A stretch of 64,000 nt of DNA from Pecten maximus (lineage: Eukaryota), in assembly GCF_902652985.1 (NCBI RefSeq), contig NC_047030.1, positions 5,084,001 to 5,148,000 of the forward strand. The letters run 5' to 3'. Within the stretch, counting starts at the first letter, position 1. Every line of letters begins with the position of its first letter. Shown in pieces: positions 57,869-64,000 of this stretch. The position numbers and the translations under genes are program-made. Under the pieces are notes generated by a model. It made no database searches. It saw nothing but the letters and a program-made list of their open reading frames with translations, and was not told the origin of the DNA.

Positions 57869-59782
57869 TGACGATAATAGTGATTGACTGTTATTCACCA
57901 AGTCTAATGTCGTACACTTATAAGTTCAGAACGATGTAGTTTTCTATTCTAGTTGAAAGATTTGGAGTTTAGGTTGTCTTTGAACTTCAGAAAGTGTGTA
58001 TATTTGGAAATAGAAATTTGAAGTTTACAAATATTTCTTATGTTTGTGGTCATTAGATAAGTATCTTATATACTTATGCTTGAAGTTTGATTATAGATTT
58101 ATATTATTTTGAATTTAACCGAAATGATATGCTACATGTGTGTATTTCTAAAAGTGTCATAAAACTGAAATTGTGTCAAGAATTTCTATAATTGGTACTT
58201 TGAACTAAATTATTTACAATTCAATTATATTTGAGAAGTAGTTCTCTGTATCTATATAGAAATGCTTATAAACCCAAACTGTTAGGTACTCTAAGTGTTT
58301 TAAAGGGAGAAAACACAATAGACAACAGGTTAAAATTTATGAGAAAGCATGACTTGTAGTGATTGCTGATTGTGCTTTGAGCATTCTTTAGTTCAACCAC
58401 AAATATTTGAAAATAACATTTCAATATTGGTAGATTTCTTCATAGGAAGATGTTTTGCTTAAAAAATTCTGTAGAAAGACTTAATAGATTTGATGGAAGA
58501 GGAAAGATTGGTACAGATAGATATGTCAGTAAGACTTGGTTAGATATCATTAAGGTAGAAAATATAGTAACTGAAATTGATATATACATATATATATACA
58601 TGTACATGTATAATACATCTTTATGCGGATATTCTTACTAATGCTTGTCAGAGATGGAAATAGTGTAGACATGTGTGGATGGGTTCATCAATATTTGAAA
58701 GAAAAAAAAACAAAAACAAAAACCCAACTTTGTATTGCTATATGTTAATGAGATCATTAAGAAAAGTAATTATACGTCATTTTAGAGCAGGAAGTGAATG
58801 TGTATATTTAATTTACTATTCGCTGATTGTGCCTGTAAGAATAGAGCAATTGATGGACTTTGATCAAATTATGTTCCTTGTCAAACATGCTGTACATATC
58901 CACATTTTGTTGAAATTTTGTCTTCACGATGATATACTGTGAAACCAAGATAATTTATCACAGGAGCTGTTAATTGTGGTATTGTTGAATTTACTTATTA
59001 ATGTCTTGTTAATTTTTTTTACTTAAGTTTTTTTTTTCAATTTAATTCTTGAAAGAACAATACATGTATATATTTGACAGAATGAGGCTTAATTGGTGCA
59101 TTATGTATGAGCAATACTGCTACATCAGAGCTATATAACATTGATACAAAACTGACAATCAAATTAAGGATACTGTTCTGGTACATAAGAACCAATTAAT
59201 GGTAGTAAAAATACCTGGTTTTCTTTTATTAATCTTCAAAAAAATGTTTCATTGTGCCAGAGGTATTAAATTGTTTGGATATACTACCGGTACTTAGAAA
59301 TATCTGCAAGAAGAGGTCTTGTAAAAACTTAGCCTGTTGACATTGATTTGATAAAAAAATTGAAATAAAAGTTGTCTTCATCAGAACAGCTATAGATTTT
59401 GCAACCAAACCAAATATGGAATCTTTTTTTCTGTTTGTTTTCAATTATTAATTGATTATAAGAGTAATTATTCCTTAATAATTCCTGAAATCCATTCTGT
59501 TCAATAATTTATTTGGAAATAAATCTCTTAAGTATGCTTAAGCCATAATATTATGTTATAGTATTATACCTTAACATCTGATCTGTATATTTATTTAGCA
59601 AAATCATACTGAATAATTCATAAAGCAAATTCTCTGCAAAGTGAGGCTGTGATCCCAGAAACATCTATTCATAGTGATATATCATTCTTTACATATCTGA
59701 TCAAGACCCTTTGTATCTTAAATTTGTTATTGGAGGGACAGTGATTTATAGTCTGTTCCTTAATTGTTTGTTTAGTTTTTCC

Positions 59783-60215
59783 ATAGGTGTCTGCTTCTAG
59801 CCCCTACTCTTACAATATCAACAAGGTGAAACACTCGAAAAGTTGGAAGTAGGCGGTGAACTTTGATTCACTTTGAATTTAAGTTTGATCCGGCTAAAAT
59901 ATCAAACGCACACAAACTTCAGTCACGTACTTTGGTTTAGAATCATTAAATATCAATGCATGTTATTCTTTTGACTTGGTACAATGATTTAAAGATAAGA
60001 AAATGGATCAAAAGCGGTCGTGATAGCCAACGATGTATCAACTGCATGTGGAACAGAAGTAAGTCTGCAACGGGGTAATCTGATTGGTTGACAGCTCTGT
60101 ATAATCAAGCGCCCACTTCCGTTCAGCAGTCGATACATCTTCTGATCTTGTTGATATCGTTAGAGTAGGGTCTAACATTTGTTTCTATAAATACTAACCA
60201 GAAACAGACACCTGT
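59783..60215. mobile_element. Old MITE with long imperfect TIRs
   Basis: Left aggtgtctgcttctag..ccctactcttacaatatcaacaag..ggaagtaggcg is the reverse complement of right cgcccacttcc..cttgttgatatcgttagagtaggg..cagaaacagacacct. Confidence 0.6.
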
Positions 60216-60521
60216 GTTCTTTCCATTAATGACAATATAATGGAAAGACACATTTTACCATCTCACCACATGCACCACAAAATGCCTTATCAATTGCATT
60301 TTGCACATATAGCAATAAATTGTTTCCTGTGTTTACTTACATCCTGGACAGACAACAAACTTCATTGTACAAATAATGTAAATCACAGTAAAATATGGTG
60401 TTATTTTCCTGTATAATTCAGGCAGAGAGTCAGTTTGTTCTGTATTTATCTCCAATCAGTATTTATCTCCAATCAGAAAAGAGCTCCAATTCGTTTTGTG
60501 AATAGAAAGAAAAACAAAAGT

Positions 60522-60601
60522 AAAATTAAAATTTAATTCACAAAAGTTTTCCAGTTGATTATAATCAACTGGAAAACTTTTGTGAATTAAATTTTAATTT
60601 T
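60522..60601. repeat. Perfect 80-bp spacerless palindrome
   Basis: aaaattaaaatttaattcacaaaagttttccagttgatta|taatcaactggaaaacttttgtgaattaaattttaatttt. Confidence 0.92.
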
Positions 60602-62605
60602 TTTTTAATGGTTGGATATGCTAGTTTATCAGTAATATTTGAGGTATTGTTGAACTGTCAGATTATTACCTATTATAACATGGCCAGACATTCTATATAC
60701 AATATTTAATTCTTTGTTGAAGTTTTTGATAGTATGCTATACCAGTAGACTGGTCACACTTTTAAGTGCAATATGATTCCAGATTTATATTTATCTTCAG
60801 CATTTATAGAATGATGATGAAATGGATTTAACAATTCTTGAGTCATATACCCCCAGTACATGTACTTTCTACAGTAGAACTTGGCACATCAGAATTTTTT
60901 ATTTATTATAGAGTTGTAATCAAACAAATCATGTGTAGCCTCAGCAGTTCAGATATTTGGGAGTTCACTGTATATATGAAATAAAATGCAAATTATATTT
61001 AAACTTGTTCATCATACTTTCTAATATTAATATAAAATATAGATCTAAGATACATTTCTCTACGAATCACATTCAAATGTTTTTATGTTAACTGTGTGTT
61101 CAATACAATTCTTAAAGGGCCTTGATTAAGACCAGTACTTTGCTTTGTAGTATAGGGTGTGTGTAGATTAGGTTTTTAGATACTAGTATTGTCACCTTAG
61201 ACAGCACAGAATGTCATGCCACAGGAAATGGTTTACAAAATAATATATACATCTTAATATATACTTATGTAAATGAACAAAAACAATAAATTCCTAACTT
61301 TATACATTTGTAACAAAGTATATTTTTTTCTGGTATATAATCACATATTATAGATTGTCAGCAATTTTTGTAAATTCTGATTTTCTATCAAAACATATAA
61401 TAAAAGCTTCTTTTTTGTAACCCAGTTTTATGTTTTCTTTAAAAAAGGGAAATATTTTGGTAATTTGTTGTGAAGGGGATAGGAAGGGTTTTAGATCGTA
61501 AATGAAGGATTAATGCTGCAGTGCCCGACTTATTACCTCCCTTGTATATTGAAAAAGAAAGGCCAAGTCAGCCTGATCACCTTTGAGTAGTTACATGGTT
61601 TAGTTTATCCCTCGTCTTACACTACAAAGTCGGTGTTTAAATTTCTAACAGTTTGAGGAATACACGAGAAATCAAAGAATAGTCTTCAATTCATTAAACA
61701 GAATTATGTATCATGATTATAAAGCTTATCAAAGTTTCAAAGATATCAGTAGAAAACTGTAGGAGATCTCCAGACACTATTTAAAAGAACCAAAAATAAA
61801 GTTTTCACGGCAAAAATTGTCGGATCAAAATGCCTGTCGTAGAAACAGCTATAAACTAACTGTATCTGTGACGAGCCATTTTTAAGGGGATATTTATTCA
61901 CTTAAACGTAAGTGAATTTCTTTTTCAATAAAGCGAAAAAGAATTTCACTTAAGTGAACAAATTGCAGGTAAATAATTTCACTTCAGGTAAAAGTAGAAA
62001 GAATTTCACTGATGTGATATATACTATAATAGTGAGATAGACGTTCACATGTAATAAGAATTTCGCTCAAAAATGTCGTGGGACAAAAATAAAATACTGA
62101 AATAGACTTTTGCAATAACGTTCAAATAAAAATGGCGTTCTAGTGAAACACAACTATATATCATGATCATAAAATCCTACCTGGTTTGAAAGAAATTGGT
62201 TGTAAAGTGTAGGAGATTTCTGATGCTGAAATGAGCGAATGACAATGACTTTTTAAAAAATAGTGGAGTAAAAATTCCTTTCAGCGAAACATAACTAATA
62301 TTATGAATGATTATAATGCATACCGATTTTCAAAGAGCTCAAGGTCAGTAAAAAGATCTGCGGACAAATAAAGTGTACGCCGCACTATTCCCGTCAAATT
62401 AACGGCCGATATATTGTGCTATCTGTGTAGTCTAACCATATGAAAACAAGGGACACAACTCTGTTGTCCTTCGACTATTTTTGCCGTTCAAAACAACCAA
62501 GCATCGAGATCATTCCAGTCAAACGGCGCTAAAATAACCTCTACACTAAACCTGGTAATTATCTTATATTATAATTAGTCCCGTAAGTATACCCAGACAG
62601 TTTAT

Positions 62606-62858
62606 GGGTGGTCAGGTGACACAGTGGTAACACACTTGCCTTTCACCTACCCGTATGTAGGTGGTCAGGGTTCGATTCCCCGATTGTACGTGAAAAGGTT
62701 AGTCACCTGTCCGAGTAGGTGATTTTCTCCGGGTACTCCGGTTTCCATCCAAACTAAGACCCCTCGACCGTTCCCATCCGGGCCAACAAGCGTGATTAAT
62801 CTAAGTGGATATAATATGTTTCGCAGTTGTACAGTGTAGTAAAATAAAGTTTACATTT
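62606..62858 (+). mobile_element. tRNA-derived V-domain SINE (second family)
   Basis: A box-like gtgacacagtggtaa, B box ggttcgattcc, V-domain ttttctccgggtactccggtttcc, tail ..gtaaaataaagtt. Confidence 0.75.
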
Positions 62859-64000
62859 CTTTCATATTCAGACACGGACTTAGACAGGATAGGAAAACAA
62901 ATCCGAAAAAGATTCCATCGTTAGTCGCATAAAATAGAAACTACACGCAAGTGTTTAAAGTACTGAAGCATTGGAGGTGTTGGTCGAGGTGTCTGGTGGG
63001 GGTGGGGACGAGAGCAGATGATTTCTTTCTCTTAAACATGCACATAATTAATATAATCTCTCATCTCCTTGTGATGTAGACAGCTATCTTTGCCATATTA
63101 ACTCAGGAGTAAACTTGTTTTAAGTTGAGCTCGAGCTTTTTACCAGAGAGTTGGCAGAAAGTTGAAACCCTGATAGTAAATAAATTAATTTACACCATTC
63201 AATTGTACCATTACCCAATGTTCTTGTCTAATTGGCTGATTGAAGATAGTATATAGGTTTGTACATGTGGAACTCTTTTGAAGAGAGGTGCATGCTTCTG
63301 AAAGATGGTGGCATACATCCTTAATAAACGTAATATAGCATTTGTCCCAACACAATTACTGCTACGAATGTTCCTGTGGTGCTAATTTAATTAGTTTCTA
63401 TTCCGTATTTCAAAGACATCAGATAGAGTTTACGTAAAAACGATGTACCGCTTTCAGGTCAACTTGATACGAAATAAAAAGAAAACTTCATGCATTATGT
63501 TTTTCAAAACAAAACCTGAATATCTTTCACTTCGATTATCGGAAGAAAAGAACGAAATAACAAAAAATAAAAAGAATGAAAATTCAGACCTTTTTGAAAA
63601 AAAAATCATTTTAATTTTTTTCTTGACGATTCACCAAGCTGACAATGTTTTGAAAAAGTTGGTCCAGATGCCAGACGGAGTTAACCACAGGGGTATCTAC
63701 AAACTGAATGGGATGACATATCTTTTAATTAACTAACACTACAAAACTCGTGACGTGATTGTGGTGCTAGTTATCAAATACAGAGCGTACAACTTTATTG
63801 TACAAATCAAAGAATACCTACAGAATCCCCTGAGCTGTCTAATACTTCAAAGATACCCTTTACCACGATAGGTTTTGTGTTTATTTGTTTTAATGTAAAG
63901 TGCGGTTACGTAGGGTTGATGTCTCTTGTTAAACATCTATCGGGATATCTCGTGGAGGCTACAGTCATTATACACGGACTACCAGTTAACACGCGAGATT

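Noticed and set aside
57866-57883. Stop-codon readthrough extension of PGD (cryptic peroxisomal signal)
   Set aside because: TAA is followed directly by TGA and further stops (TAA TGA CGA TAA TAG TGA).
60075-60125. CCAAT plus ETS motifs suggesting a promoter after PGD
   Set aside because: They lie within a MITE-like inverted-repeat element (59783-60215), and no downstream exons were recognised.

Overview
AT-rich, intron-rich animal genomic DNA. The repeat landscape (V- and CORE-type tRNA SINEs, Helentron/HINE-like elements with ~150-bp internal repeats and GGAC/GACA microsatellites) suggests a bivalve mollusc, possibly a scallop (inference). Four spliced genes were reconstructed by hand: (1) a 5'-truncated chlorophyllase-like alpha/beta hydrolase (+, 714-5128); (2) a 14-exon arylsulfatase B/I/J-like sulfatase (-, 9130-20532) with an extra, apparently selected exon duplicate; (3) MRPL20 (-, 24457-29382); and (4) head-to-head with it, 6-phosphogluconate dehydrogenase PGD (+, 29849-57868). 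The most striking structure is in PGD, where tandem repeats are built from the gene's own splice signals: about 73 decoy copies of the exon-2 acceptor, 10 copies of the exon-5 donor that each form an in-frame AG-15nt-GT micro-exon, a doubled exon-11 acceptor, and an amplified branch-point motif before exon 13. PGD also has a ~3.6-kb tandem duplication carrying a second intact exon 3. Also present: a decayed mariner, Kolobok-type (TTAA) and TA-type MITEs, SINEs, a 5S-like fragment and an 80-bp perfect palindrome. All coordinates and counts were made by eye and need computational confirmation.
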